A stretch of DNA of 63,643 nucleotides, the filler included, from Calcarisporiella thermophila CBS 279.70 (lineage: Eukaryota > Fungi > Calcarisporiellomycota): the NCBI RefSeq assembly GCF_041956535.1. It is 13 parts of 11 records of this genome, joined end to end, with 100 filler letters (N's around TTAATTAATTAA, not from the genome) between each part and the next. Parts side by side here need not be neighbours in the genome. Positions count along the whole stretch, not along the records: positions 7,457 to 24,049 come from NW_027192214.1; positions 24,150 to 28,302 come from NW_027192204.1; 11 more parts are not named here. One strand, written 5' to 3'. The notes under the pieces were generated by a model that was given only the letters and a program-made list of their open reading frames with translations, was not told the DNA's origin and did not search any database. The translations under genes were made by a program, and so were the position numbers. Of this stretch, positions 13,334-25,408 are shown piece after piece (position 1 is the first letter of the stretch; the number at the start of each line of letters is the position of its first letter).

Positions 13334-14472
13334 CTATTCCTCATCTTCCTCTTTGTTTTCTCCCTTTAACACATCTTCCAGCTCGTTTAGAAGCATCTGC
13401 GGCAAAATAAATGCACCCTTATGTATCCGTGCATTATAATATTTACACAGCCTTTTTTCTTCCTGTTTAGACCATCGTCGCACTGGTCTGGCGAAATCTT
13501 TGCCACTGCGAGTGGACATAACAACAAATCCTATCTCTCCGCTTGGATAACTAGGAACCGCACAACGAGCATATGCAACCGATTCAAAAACACTCCCAAC
13601 CCTCTCAACCAGCTCCTTTACAGCCCCAACAGATATCCACATGGTCTCTGCGAGAGAACATGCCACGCCATCATCCCCCCTTAAAGCACCCTTCATAAGG
13701 TGGAAGAACTCGGCGGAATACAGGGCCTCAGCGGGGCCAATGGGATCAGATGAGTCGGATATGATGACATCAAACGAATTTGGATTCTCACGAAGAAACG
13801 CGATCCCATCACCTATGTGGATTCGAACCTTTGGGTGAGCAAAAGCCACCGACATACTCGGCAAATACTGCTTGGAAACACGGATAACTGCCTAAGCAAT
13901 ATGAGTGCAATTAGCGTCGCTGTATTTTAAGAATGGCTTTTCAAATAAGAGCATGGTGGTTGAAATGAGGTTTACCTCGTCGATCTCGCACTGCACTACT
14001 TCTTCAACGCATTCATGCTTCACTACCTCTCTAATCACTCCTCCATCTCCCCCTCCTATTACAAGAACCTGACACAGTATGTCTATTAATACGAATGATT
14101 CCCGCTAATTCGAGCTCCAGTTGAAATCATTAACCTACCCGCTTTGGACAAGCGTGAGAGTGAAGTGGCAAATGTGCAATAATCTCCTGATAAGAGAATT
14201 CATCACGCTCAACACACTGGACTATATTATCAAGAACAAGGGCATTACCGTGATGAGAAGTCTCGATAACGAGGATTTCTTGATATTTTGTTTGCTCTAG
14301 ATGCAGGATGCGCTTGACCCTGAATGCGTTGGCTGTTATGAAAAAAGGATCACGAGCTTTGTTAAAAGGGCCAGCCATTCGAGGGGGCGGGCACATTACC
14401 TTGGCCAGGCCACATGTCGTTTGCCTCGAAAAACCAGCCATCACGAATGGAAGCATGGGATAAAGAAGTCAT
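13334..14472 (-). CDS. SPE3: Spermidine synthase; multi-exon
   Basis: [38 protein letters not shown] and [15 protein letters not shown] motifs. Confidence 0.9.
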
Positions 14473-14730
14473 AGGGGGTGGCTGTGATGACTTTTATAAA
14501 TGCCGGATGCAATAGTGCCGTGAAGTAAGGGTTAGATTGGAAAATAGAGTTTCACGCGAACGAAATAGTAAATAAGCGGGTTTCAGAAATCTGACAAACC
14601 TAAATACTTTCCAAGAATAAAAGTGGGGTCAATGTGTGTCGCACAATTTGTTTGAAAAGTGAGAAGGACAGCGACGGGCTCTTGCTCCCATTCTTCCCCT
14701 CATTTGCTCCTGCTGACCAAGTTGCTCACT

Positions 14731-17254
14731 ATGTCCGAAACCCTTAATACTCTCCTCAGCGAACTGGAAAGCACCGTAAGCGAACTAACTAAAGTATAGC
14801 CTCCCCCTCTGCTCCAGTCGGCAGCGCCCCATTTAACATAATTCATTCCGTAGTGCTTAGAGCAAAACATTCCGCCCTCCCTCAAGCCTCAGTACAAACT
14901 ACAAGAGCCTGCTCAGATGCCTCTCACACCAAACCAAACCCCTGTATTGCTCGGAAACTCTTTCGACGCGTTGCAAGAGGAGCTGGACCAGCTGCGCTTA
15001 GCTTTGCAACCTAATTCAGCCCCCTCGCAAGACATGCCCACAAACGATGAGGAGAAGGAAATGGACTCGCAATCTCGGAATGGACCTAGAGATGCCGATC
15101 CTTGGCCCTATGGGGTGGAAAACATCGAAGACAGTCGCGCACGCGACGCGTTTGACGCAAAACAAGGCGTATTGGAAGGAGAGAAAACAAACGAGGAGGA
15201 GGAAGAGGACGAGCGCCCTTTAGGCACTCTAATTAGCCAAGAGATGGAAAATGCAACCTACATCAACGAAATCCCCGTGCCATCGGGTGGGGCTTCCCTG
15301 CATAATTTCCAGCGTCTTGTAAAGACAGTTCACGAGCAATACAAATCAGTAAAGAGTCCTGCTCGGCAACAAGAACATGAAAAGTCAACTGAAAAACTGC
15401 ACGGGGATCGGCCAGCCTACACGCACTCGGAAAAGATTAAAGCCGCTCTGCACAAGATGCAAGAAGCGAATATAGTGAAAGTAATACTCAACAGGCATAC
15501 GATTTACCATTCATAAATAGAATGCTCATCCGAGTCAATTTTTCTATTAGACGCCCATCCGTATCTATATAAATGATACCAATACGTTCAAAACAATTCA
15601 AGCCACCTCGCTTATGACAATAGGCATGATCTTGCGGTCTTTCTTCCAGCGCGGGGTTATTGACCCCTCGGAAGAATGGGCAGTGTTCGAAGAAGCAAAT
15701 GACTGGGGAATGGAGCGTGCTGTACGCGAATGGGAAATAGTGACAGATATAGTTGGCACATGGGATATCGAGAGCACCAATAGGCTGGTTGTAGTGCGCT
15801 ATCCTTATCGTGACACATTGACGGTTTCGGTAATCCAAAATTTTGTAAATCGTATATGTCTGCGATGTGTATTGAGCATGTCTGATCTGCTTAGAGCGTG
15901 TTGGGAAATAGCTATCCTCAGCTCTTTGGGTGGCTGTATGTAGAAATCAGGAAGGGCAAGTGGCAAAAACGATTTGTACATTGGCGTGAGGATTGTTTGT
16001 ATTACAGCAAAGATAACAAGGTAGAATGCGGTTTTGCGCTGAGAATGCCTGAAATTGCAGAATCATAAGATATTTAACTGTTGAGTTATTTCAGGGAGCG
16101 AACGAGACATTTTTATGCAGTATCAAGACCTATGACGTGTATACAGTAAAGCAGCCAGTGCGTAAGGCACCGACCAAGTTCTTATTTGCTCTCAAATCGC
16201 AGGAACGCTCGCGCCATTTCGAAAACTCTGATGACTATCTTCACATGCTCTGTGCCGAGCACATGGAAAAGATGAAGGATTGGGTGTTGAGTATTCGTGT
16301 AGCAAAGGTAAGGAGATTTGACATCAGCATCAAGGAATGGACTCCTTCAAACGTGTGATATATGAATATTTCCTGGATTAGAATCATTTGATGTATGAAA
16401 CGTATCCCGACCGGGTTAAAGATCCCCTCAAGCCAATTCCACGGCCGCCGATCTCTGCAGATTTCTTGAATATTCCACCCTTACCACCTCCCAAAAACAA
16501 CGCTTCTGAGAGCTTCTCCTACCCAACTGAAAGCTCAGGGGGCAATATAAAATCGCATGATGAGCAGGTCCGAAGCAGAGCTGCAGTTTCAGTTAACACC
16601 GGTGGGCGACCAGCCAAAAAGAACCTTCCACAACCTCTGGTTACTTTGAACCAAGACCCACCCTTAACCCCAAGGTCGCCTAATCCTTTGTCGCCAGCGC
16701 TTGCAAGTGGAAGCGGAGGCAAACTCCTGAGCTTTGAAGACGAACTTACCTTCGCTCAAGGCTCACTGCTTGCCAACCGTGAGGAATTGGACTCTACTCC
16801 ACGTCCTGAGCAACCCCCATCAAATATCTCCTCATCAATGCGAAAAAGCGCATCCTCTTCTTTTGAAAATGTGAACGGAGGGAGAGGAGGAACGCTTGTC
16901 CAGTTGGATGAGAAGCTGAGATTCCAGCAAGGCTCGCTTCTTGCGACAACGTCTTCTGCTGGATACTTGGTTGCTACTCCAGCCGCAACAACTACATTAA
17001 TGGCACCTACCTCAATGTCGAATACATCTTTTGCGGCTTCACAGCATCATCATAAGCAATACCAGCAACAAGCTGACCAATCTAGCAAAACTCTACTGCA
17101 GCTGAATGAATCCGAACCTTTTACGCAAGGCTCGTTACTCGCAAAGCGACTTCCTGCTCCTCCTGCAATCGATATCTCAAATAAAAACCTGCCGTCAACA
17201 GTAGATGAAGACATCTTTAAAGAAGGTTCGCTTCTTGCAAAGAATAGGACATAA
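14731..17254 (+). CDS. RA- and PH-domain-containing adaptor-like protein; multi-exon, start uncertain
   Basis: WAVFE...ERAVREWE (RA-like), KGKWQKRFV and MKDWVLSIR (PH-like); Pro/Ser-rich tail with repeated FxQGSLLA. Confidence 0.65.
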
Positions 17255-18164
17255 CACTGAGTATATTTTTCCAAAGTATATATGTATACTTGATAACATA
17301 TTAGTAGGGTGACTATTCTCGGTATCTGTTAAAGAGCTATAGCTGTTCATTATTTTTCAGTTTGCTAAATTTTTGTAGCACTTTCTATGTGTGTTAGTCT
17401 TATGTTCATACCCTTTTTCTCTTTTTGTGGCTCTTGCTTTTACATAATTCGCTCTATTATTTCCTCCACCAGTTAGTACATATTCATACTCGCCCTAATT
17501 ATAACCTATTGTATCATTCAAAAATAACATCTGAAGCTCTATTTTATGGTTTATTCTATAATTTAGAGGTTCTTGGTGACGAGGTATAAATTTTCCAAAG
17601 GACAAAATATAACGACCATTGATATCATTTTGAATTCGCGTTTTTTAAAAATATACTTTCGAGCTAATTGTAACCAATTCTGGCATAGTCTGTAAATCCA
17701 TAAAGGACCATATGGTTACGGAATTATCAAATGAATTTTTGCACCCAAAAAATAATCTAACGAGATTGAATTCCAGCACCTTGGAGATATATTTTATTGT
17801 ATTTGCTTTCTCTTATTCAAATGATGACTTCCAATCTAACCCTTCTTACCGTTTGAGATATTGGGATGAAATGGGCCGTAGACGGCGGTTTCGCCGGTCT
17901 TTGATTGTCGTATTCCGTGAAATTAATTCTAACATTTTAAGAATCATTTATTCCTAAGTTTCATTTGCCCCACAATCTATACTAGCATATTGCGCTTTAG
18001 TTTGATGGTGAGAGTATTGAAAAATAAATACATTAAACATAAATCAAAAACTTAAATGCATATCATCCAGAAAGAGATTTGGATTTAACAACCACCAAGT
18101 CAAATTTTCCTTAATTATGTCGCTGGTTCCATTTGACAAATTAGCAAAACAAAAAAAAGTATAT

Positions 18165-18656
18165 ACTTGGATGCAACCTCTGGCCAGGATTGAGGCACCA
18201 ATATGTTCGGCTCTAGAGAGCCGTTGCGCCGGAAGTGACGTCCTTGTCGGGTGGAGTATTCTACGACAGGCCTGCCGGCCAGGTGGAAGTGATAAAGTGG
18301 GAAACGGGGTGAGGGTGTTGTTGCGGTATATCAGTACACTCCGTGACCTTTGCAACTAAGCTCGGGGGTAAGTTGAGGTAACGGAGCTCCCATCCAAGAG
18401 AACGGCTGCAGTATCGGCGGTGGCACGCGTTCCTTAGCTTTTCAGTAGGGAGCGCAGAGTATTTACGCTCCAATTCCGATTGCCTTCCAATATTCCTGTC
18501 AAATAAAGCTTGATTATGGAGCGATCTGCACTCGATTTGTCCTCCCCAGCGTACGAAAGTTAGTATCTCATTGAGGAGGTATGGCGGTGTTGGGGGTTTT
18601 GGCTCCTCCATTTGTCGGCCCTCGTCTGTGATTAACGGGCACTTGTAGAGAGGTGG
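18165..18656 (-). mobile_element. LINE ORF2 C-terminal fragment
   Basis: High nucleotide identity to 38365-38819; followed by scaffold gap 18657-19489. Confidence 0.85.
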
Positions 18657-19489
18657 NNNNNNNNNNNNNNNNNNNNNNNNNNNNNNNNNNNNNNNNNNNN
18701 NNNNNNNNNNNNNNNNNNNNNNNNNNNNNNNNNNNNNNNNNNNNNNNNNNNNNNNNNNNNNNNNNNNNNNNNNNNNNNNNNNNNNNNNNNNNNNNNNNNN
18801 NNNNNNNNNNNNNNNNNNNNNNNNNNNNNNNNNNNNNNNNNNNNNNNNNNNNNNNNNNNNNNNNNNNNNNNNNNNNNNNNNNNNNNNNNNNNNNNNNNNN
18901 NNNNNNNNNNNNNNNNNNNNNNNNNNNNNNNNNNNNNNNNNNNNNNNNNNNNNNNNNNNNNNNNNNNNNNNNNNNNNNNNNNNNNNNNNNNNNNNNNNNN
19001 NNNNNNNNNNNNNNNNNNNNNNNNNNNNNNNNNNNNNNNNNNNNNNNNNNNNNNNNNNNNNNNNNNNNNNNNNNNNNNNNNNNNNNNNNNNNNNNNNNNN
19101 NNNNNNNNNNNNNNNNNNNNNNNNNNNNNNNNNNNNNNNNNNNNNNNNNNNNNNNNNNNNNNNNNNNNNNNNNNNNNNNNNNNNNNNNNNNNNNNNNNNN
19201 NNNNNNNNNNNNNNNNNNNNNNNNNNNNNNNNNNNNNNNNNNNNNNNNNNNNNNNNNNNNNNNNNNNNNNNNNNNNNNNNNNNNNNNNNNNNNNNNNNNN
19301 NNNNNNNNNNNNNNNNNNNNNNNNNNNNNNNNNNNNNNNNNNNNNNNNNNNNNNNNNNNNNNNNNNNNNNNNNNNNNNNNNNNNNNNNNNNNNNNNNNNN
19401 NNNNNNNNNNNNNNNNNNNNNNNNNNNNNNNNNNNNNNNNNNNNNNNNNNNNNNNNNNNNNNNNNNNNNNNNNNNNNNNNNNNNNNNNN

Positions 19490-19810
19490 ATCAATGGAAA
19501 CTTTTATTTAATTTCCATATATTACATGAAGTTAATGTCAATGGACTTAACATAACAAGATATAGGTCCTTGATCGATAGACTTTCAATCGATATGCATG
19601 TATCGCAGTTGTCGTGAATAGCATGTACGTGAAACCGATGTAATCTTTTGTACTTATCGTAAGGGCGGTCTTTTCAATAATCAAGACTCAGCTTTTCAAT
19701 AATCAAGACTCAGCTTCTGATCAAGTGGATAGCAGTCACAAACTAAGAGTAAGTGCTGGTGGGGGAAGTGGGATTCGAACCCACGCCGTTCTCATCGGCA
19801 TCCCTTCCCC
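19490..19810 (-). mobile_element. SINE family 1 copy with internal head deletion and 22-bp tandem duplication
   Basis: Aligns to 1590-1924; lacks the A-box segment; CTTTTCAATAATCAAGACTCAG is duplicated. Confidence 0.9.
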
Positions 19811-19873
19811 CCTGAATCCCAGAGTGACTGCTTACGTGACTTCTCTGTACCAAAAACCAATATCCTCGTAACA
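19811..19873 (-). mobile_element. 5' end of gypsy LTR family B
   Basis: Reverse complement matches 45131 and 62841 (TGTTACGAGGATATTGG...). Confidence 0.85.
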
Positions 19874-19885
19874 ACATAATCAAAT

Positions 19886-19959
19886 GTTTTCGTGGTGTAG
19901 TTGGTTATCACGTCTGTCTAACACACAGACGGTCTCCGGTTCGAATCCGGACGAAAACA
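19886..19959 (+). tRNA. tRNA-Val(AAC)
   Basis: Acceptor GTTTTCG/CGAAAAC, anticodon arm TCTGT-CTAACAC-ACAGA, T-run terminator follows. Confidence 0.95.
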
Positions 19960-20931
19960 ATTTTTCCTTCTTGCAAATATAATGTCACGTTATGTATATT
20001 TAAATCAATAATTAAAGTTAAGCAGATTTGTCTCAGTACAAAAATCAATTTTCTCGTAACTTTTTTTGTAATAAATTAAGTTGGATAAATAGGGATACTA
20101 GGGAGAACATAGGTAAAACTATAATTTATTCAAAAACAAGCTGACTGTATATGAAGGCTCTCATTGGAATGTTCTTTTTATACTATAAGATATAATAAGA
20201 TATAATAACCATTTAACCTGTTGACTAATAAAGATAATAAATATGAGTTTATAACTAGTTCTTAATTTTTCTTTTTTTTTTACGAAGAATCTTTATTGAA
20301 TCAGTATCTGATTCTGTTAAAAAAGGTAGGATAGCTTTTACGTCAAAAGTACCAAGGTAATGCTCCTGGCCTACCTTGAAGGATCTTGAAGTTGGAGATG
20401 GAAAAGGGGAGAAAATATTATATAGGAGTAAGAGAAAGAAAGAAGAGATGAAAACGAAAGAGCTGGGAAGAAGAGAAACAGAAATGAAAGTAAAAAGGAA
20501 AGGGAAAGGAATGGGTGTGAGAGGGAGGGATATAAAAGTTGTGTGCAAAAGTTTTAGGACAAGTTGTTTATGTACATGGAATAATCAAAAAAAAAAAAAT
20601 AAAAGCGAAAAGAGAGATAAAGGAAATAATTTTGATGTATAGCCTTCAGTTTTGAAATTCTTTGTCTTAATTTTTTTCTTTTACTAAGAAAATGAATTTC
20701 AAAACTAGTACTCGATATTCATAAACTAATCCACCTCCTCGCCAGCTAACGACTTATTCTCTTCTTATATAACAAAAACTAAACTAAATAGAACAAGCTG
20801 ATTAAACAAAATGATCAAACAAAAAAAAAACAGAACAAGCTTGAATAAAATTATCAAAACAGTAGTAATTGCCTAAAAGATATCAAATAAACACAGAATT
20901 AATTGTGAATGAAGCTAAAGAAGAAAAGAAG

Positions 20932-21700
20932 TTTTTTTTTCCTCTAAGGACGCGAGATCTTGCGTCCTGTGGTTTATTTAAACTATATTACATGTGAAAT
21001 AGTCTTCTGAACAAGATTATTAGATAAAAGAACACAAGGGATAAAGCTTGAAGACTTCCGTGCATGAAAGGGTCAGATTATGTATTCTTTGCTTCCTCGA
21101 GATCGAAAGCTACTTCTTGGCTATCATCGATCCGGATTAGCGAGCTTTTTTCCTATTTCTGCCTGAAATTTTTCTTCAGCATTGTTCCTCTGTGCTTGTA
21201 TCCATTGTCCTTTGCTTGGATCCTAAGATCCTTGCTGTGATTAACTTATGTTGAAGGATACGCCATTGATGGATCCATTGCTTTGGTTCGCTTGGGCGAC
21301 TGGGCCAGCTCTTCCAGGCTCTTCTCCACGCTCCCTCACCCGAGGTGATATGCACCCATTCTCTGATTATCACTATTTGATCTGGTGATATCTGGCATAG
21401 TCTGCCGAACTTGATGAAAAAAAGCTTGATATTGACACCAGCTATATTCAGAATATGAATGGGGAATTTTCTCGAGTCTGTGAAGGACGGCATCCTATTG
21501 GAGAGAGCTTCTCGAAGATATAGGGCCAGGATCAACTGACCTAGTCACCACATTGTGTCGAGCTTGATATAGTGCTTATAGAATCATTCCTGATTTTTGA
21601 CGTGGATGAATCTCACCACGTAGCCCAGTAGATCTGGTTCGTAGAAAAGCCTATATCTGTTGATGTTCTGGTGGTATATGAATTAGTTGCCTAGGACAGA
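20932..21700 (-). mobile_element. 5'-truncated LINE (ORF2 C-terminus plus tail); 5' boundary approximate
   Basis: Poly(T) end; ORF 21176-21535 reads AWKSWPSRPSEPK..WRILQHKLIT, as in the zf-RVT-proximal region of the other copies. Confidence 0.75.
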
Positions 21701-21712
21701 GAGCATAAGATG

Positions 21713-22160
21713 TTTTTTTTATAAAGCTACGAATCTTTATTGAAAAGTATCCTCATGAAGTTAATCGTTGAAGATGAATCAAAGGTCATATGCCTTTGTG
21801 CAGATTATAGCCAATTGCTGGCAGAAGTTATAGAACAAATAAGAAACAGCAATTGGAGAGAAAAGCAGACACGACAGGTACGGCAAGCGAGGGACATTAA
21901 TGAGTGACAGTAATAATGGGAAGACCAGACAAGACAAGGCTGAGGCAATACTAGTGGAGGAGCCAGGCACGACAGGACGAAGAAAGTGATTGTAGAAAAC
22001 CGGACTGGAAAAGACAGAAGCAATACTAATGGAAAGCATAAGCACGACAAGCAAGACACGTAATTAGTGGAAAGTCCAGACACATTTTTTATGCTTGTAG
22101 GGTTACGAAATTTGAACCCGTACCATCTCGATGGCACCTGGGAGCGCTTACCACTAAGCT
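21713..22160 (-). mobile_element. Poly(A)-tailed retroposon 3' end; 5' boundary approximate
   Basis: Poly(T)...GAATCTTTATTGAAAAGTATCC; homologous to 36919-37185 and, inverted, to 61930-62190. Confidence 0.65.
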
Positions 22161-22190
22161 ACTCCACCCCCCGTCCAGAGGTTGGTGAAC

Positions 22191-23675
22191 TTTTTTTTTT
22201 GAACAATCAATGGAGACTTTTATTAGTTTCCGTAGCTTACAAGAGTTTAATGATTACAATGAAATAAGAAAGGGGGGAATAAAGGGGTGGGGCTATATTT
22301 AGGTGGCAAGGTGGAAGTTAGATTTTGACGATTTATGTTAGCCCAGAAAGGGAGAGAAGAGAAGAAGGCAAAGAAACGCAAGGGGGTAAGAACATAGAGA
22401 AGGTGATAAACGTGGTGTAAGTGAATAAAGGGTAAATTAGATGTATATAGTGAATGGGTATTTGGTGAAAGGTATGAAGTAAAGAGGAGGGGAGGAGGGA
22501 GAGAACGGATTGGGAGAGAGGAAGGGTTGCTTCGTCACTCCAGTTTTAGTCTTGCTCTATCTGAACTTTCTATTACCGCTCCCTGACTGCACTACCTTCT
22601 TCGGAATAACTCTATCTCTCGTCTTTTTCGTGCCTTTATCAGTTCACCTCCGATAGCCTCCTCGATGTCCATTTTGGCACGGACGATGATTGTCTCGGGT
22701 GGTGCTCGAGTGCATTCGAAATGGTAGGCGATTCGATCCCGATGAATTTGCCATAGCACCGAATCGAAGATGATTTGAGCCGCGTGTCTTACTGTCCTCG
22801 GGGCTTCTGGTAGGTCGCCAAGTACGAGGTTCCTGGAGCTCAGCACCTGAGTGTTTAGGGGGCCTGAGATGGTGTTGATACACCTCTCCGCCCAATGCTA
22901 CACTGACGTGAGTTCGGGACATTCGAAGAAGGTATGACGGATGGTATCCCTCGGAGCGTTACAGCGGGTACATTTCGGGTCATGACCGGAGAATGTCGAG
23001 TTTGTAATTACACGCTCTATGAGAATTCGCCAGCGTAGTGTGCGGTGTTTTGGGAGGGTTGGCCGTTTTTGAATGGAGGTCCAGACCTTTTCCCATTCCT
23101 TTGCCGTGGATGCAACCTCTGGCCAGGATTGGGGCGTCAGCGTTTCTGGTTCCGGAGAGCCATTTCGCTGGAAGTGCCTTCCCTGTCGAGTGGAGTATTC
23201 CGGGACGGGCGCGCCAGCCAGGTGACAAAGGTGAAGTGGGAAGCGAGGAGGCGGATGTTGTCGAGGTATGACAGAACATTTCGTGATTTTCTCTACTAGG
23301 TCGGGGGACAGGATAAGGTATCCGTGTTCCCATTCTAAGGAAAAATCGTTATAGCGACGTTTGCACGCTCTTTTTAGCCTTTCCGTGGGTTGCGCAGGGT
23401 ATCTACGCTCCATTTCCAATTGTATCGGCATGTTCCGCTCCAAAAAGGCTTGTCGCCGGAGTGATCTACATTCTATTCTTCCTCCATTGATAAGGAAGGT
23501 TAGAATATCGTTTAGTAGATACGGCGGTGTTGGCGGTTTCGGCTCCTCAAATTGTCGACCTTGTTTCGTAATTAAAGGGCATTTGTACAAGGGTAAAGAC
23601 AGTACATCTGGAGTTGACCAGTTGGGTGACGCGACCGGGCCGCCTTCGAGAGTGCGCCACGCTTGATACGTATCC
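22191..23675 (-). mobile_element. 5'-truncated L1/Tx1-like LINE (zf-RVT region, 3' UTR, poly(A))
   Basis: CTRC...DTIRHTFFECP zinc motif; in-frame stop at 22898; 3' tail homologous to the SINE1 tail. Confidence 0.9.
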
Positions 23676-23691
23676 TCCCTCTCTACTCCGT

Positions 23692-24027
23692 TTTTTTTTG
23701 GGATTTATAGATCTTTATTGAAAAGTATCCTTTTAAGTTAGTATAGTGTCTTGTCAGGAGAAATACATGTAAGTAGTGGTTGATCGTATGAATACCATCC
23801 TATTTTTCAAGGACGGTATTATACAAGAGAGGAAAAGAATATGGACTAATATAGAAAGAAAAAAAAAGGAAAACTAGAATGCGGGTGGTAGGGTATTCGG
23901 CAAGGTCGTATTGGAGCTAAGTGTTTCGGTTGAAGGATATTTCGTCTCCTTGGATTTGTATCCAACTTCCCTTACACCAAAGCTCTTGGAAATCTTCTTT
24001 CTTATCCTTTCTGGACGCTGACCACCA
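23692..24027 (-). mobile_element. Short 5'-truncated retroposon with TSD
   Basis: Poly(T) tail; 16-bp TSD TCCCTCTCTACTCCGT at 23676-23691 and 24028-24043. Confidence 0.8.
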
Positions 24028-24502
24028 TCCCTCTCTACTCCGTCCCCCANNNNNNNNNNNNNNNNNNNNNNNNNNNNNNNNNNNNNNNNNNNNTTAATTA
24101 ATTAANNNNNNNNNNNNNNNNNNNNNNNNNNNNNNNNNNNNNNNNNNNNCTGTTACAAGGATCTAGTTCTGATAAAAACGTTTCCAACGAGTATCTGATA
24201 TCCTCGGTAAACTGGTAAGCAGGGCATCCATTCTGTTCAATACACTTCACCGAATCCGTGTTCAAAATAGAATCCTTCAATAAGTTGGAGTCGAGGGTTG
24301 TAAACATTGCACTTCGATTCATTGGGCGATCTGAAGTTGGAAGCGAGCGAGCTTGGACTGATTCTTCAGACGCACCAAAAGATATAAATTCACGCACCTA
24401 TTATTTATAGATAAACAAAAAAAATTAATGCTTTAGTTTTGCTCAATTGGTGCAGCATATTAGGGTTAGGATATTAAATTACTGTATAATAAATGTAGGA
24501 AA

Positions 24503-25408
24503 TTATCTGCAAAATAAGAGTTTATATAATACAGTATATTGTACAGTAAGACGGACTTTTGTGCTTACATTGATCTTTTTGGAAGGTAGAGCAATTTCAG
24601 TTTTGCTCTTTAGGGATGAGTCGATTCTTCGCAATTTGGCTAGCTTTCTGGGTGGATTTTCATGAGTTGGGTCAGAGGGTAAAATAGAGTCACCTATCTT
24701 ATCTACATCCTTTTTGGCCGTTGACTCCACCGGTTCAAAACGAGCAAGATCAGGCAGCGAATTGATTTTTCCAGCACAAATAGCTTTGCACATAAGTTTC
24801 CGGAACTCTTTCGCGGTGAATGTAAGTTTGGTAGGATCTAGTCCAATGGCTAGAGCAACGACTATCATACATGAAAGCGGACCGCAGTCATAGGTGGTGG
24901 TCTGCTTTATGCACGGTTCGGAGACTGAATTATAAGTCCATCCTGAATCCATCCTCCATCCCATCGCTTCTTTAAGGAAATCAGCGTAAAGAGTGTAGTC
25001 CTGGTCATCCGATGCTGTATATATCGTGCAGTAAAAACGTCCTGTTTTGGTCGCCTGGTCAAAATAGTAAACATTCCAATGCTCGTTGTGTCCAAGTTTA
25101 TTATTAAGAAACACTGCACGCTTGTACCGTGAACTGGAACGGGTCTTTTCCGCCTCTGGGGAGATACAATTTTGGCGAGATGAACGTGAACGTAAAATAA
25201 GAAATTGACGCAAGATAGGCATGCCAATATAGAGGTCGGTTGCGAGTTCGGCAGTATCCAAGTACTCATTAAAAAGCCGCAAAAAATAATTGATTATCTC
25301 GTCATTGAGCCAATACGGCCCTTCAAGGAGCTGGATGCATTCGAGGGCTGCCCATTGTGGTGGGTCATAGCTGAAATCAATTTGTGCATTGTTTCTAGTG
25401 ACGAACAA
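24503..25408 (-). CDS. Ulp1-like (peptidase C48) domain exon, probably part of a larger multi-exon gene spanning ~24150-26601
   Basis: WLNDEIINYF, EHW and KQTTTYDCG motifs. Confidence 0.75.
   Translation of the reverse strand: MFVTRNNAQIDFSYDPPQWAALECIQLLEGPYWLNDEIINYFLRLFNEYLDTAELATDLYIGMPILRQFLILRSRSSRQNCISPEAEKTRSSSRYKRAVFLNNKLGHNEHWNVYYFDQATKTGRFYCTIYTASDDQDYTLYADFLKEAMGWRMDSGWTYNSVSEPCIKQTTTYDCGPLSCMIVVALAIGLDPTKLTFTAKEFRKLMCKAICAGKINSLPDLARFEPVESTAKKDVDKIGDSILPSDPTHENPPRKLAKLRRIDSSLKSKTEIALPSKKINVSTKVRLTVQYTVLYKLLFCR

Noticed and set aside
18568-19555. Long poly-X ORFs
   Set aside because: They are translations of the N gap.
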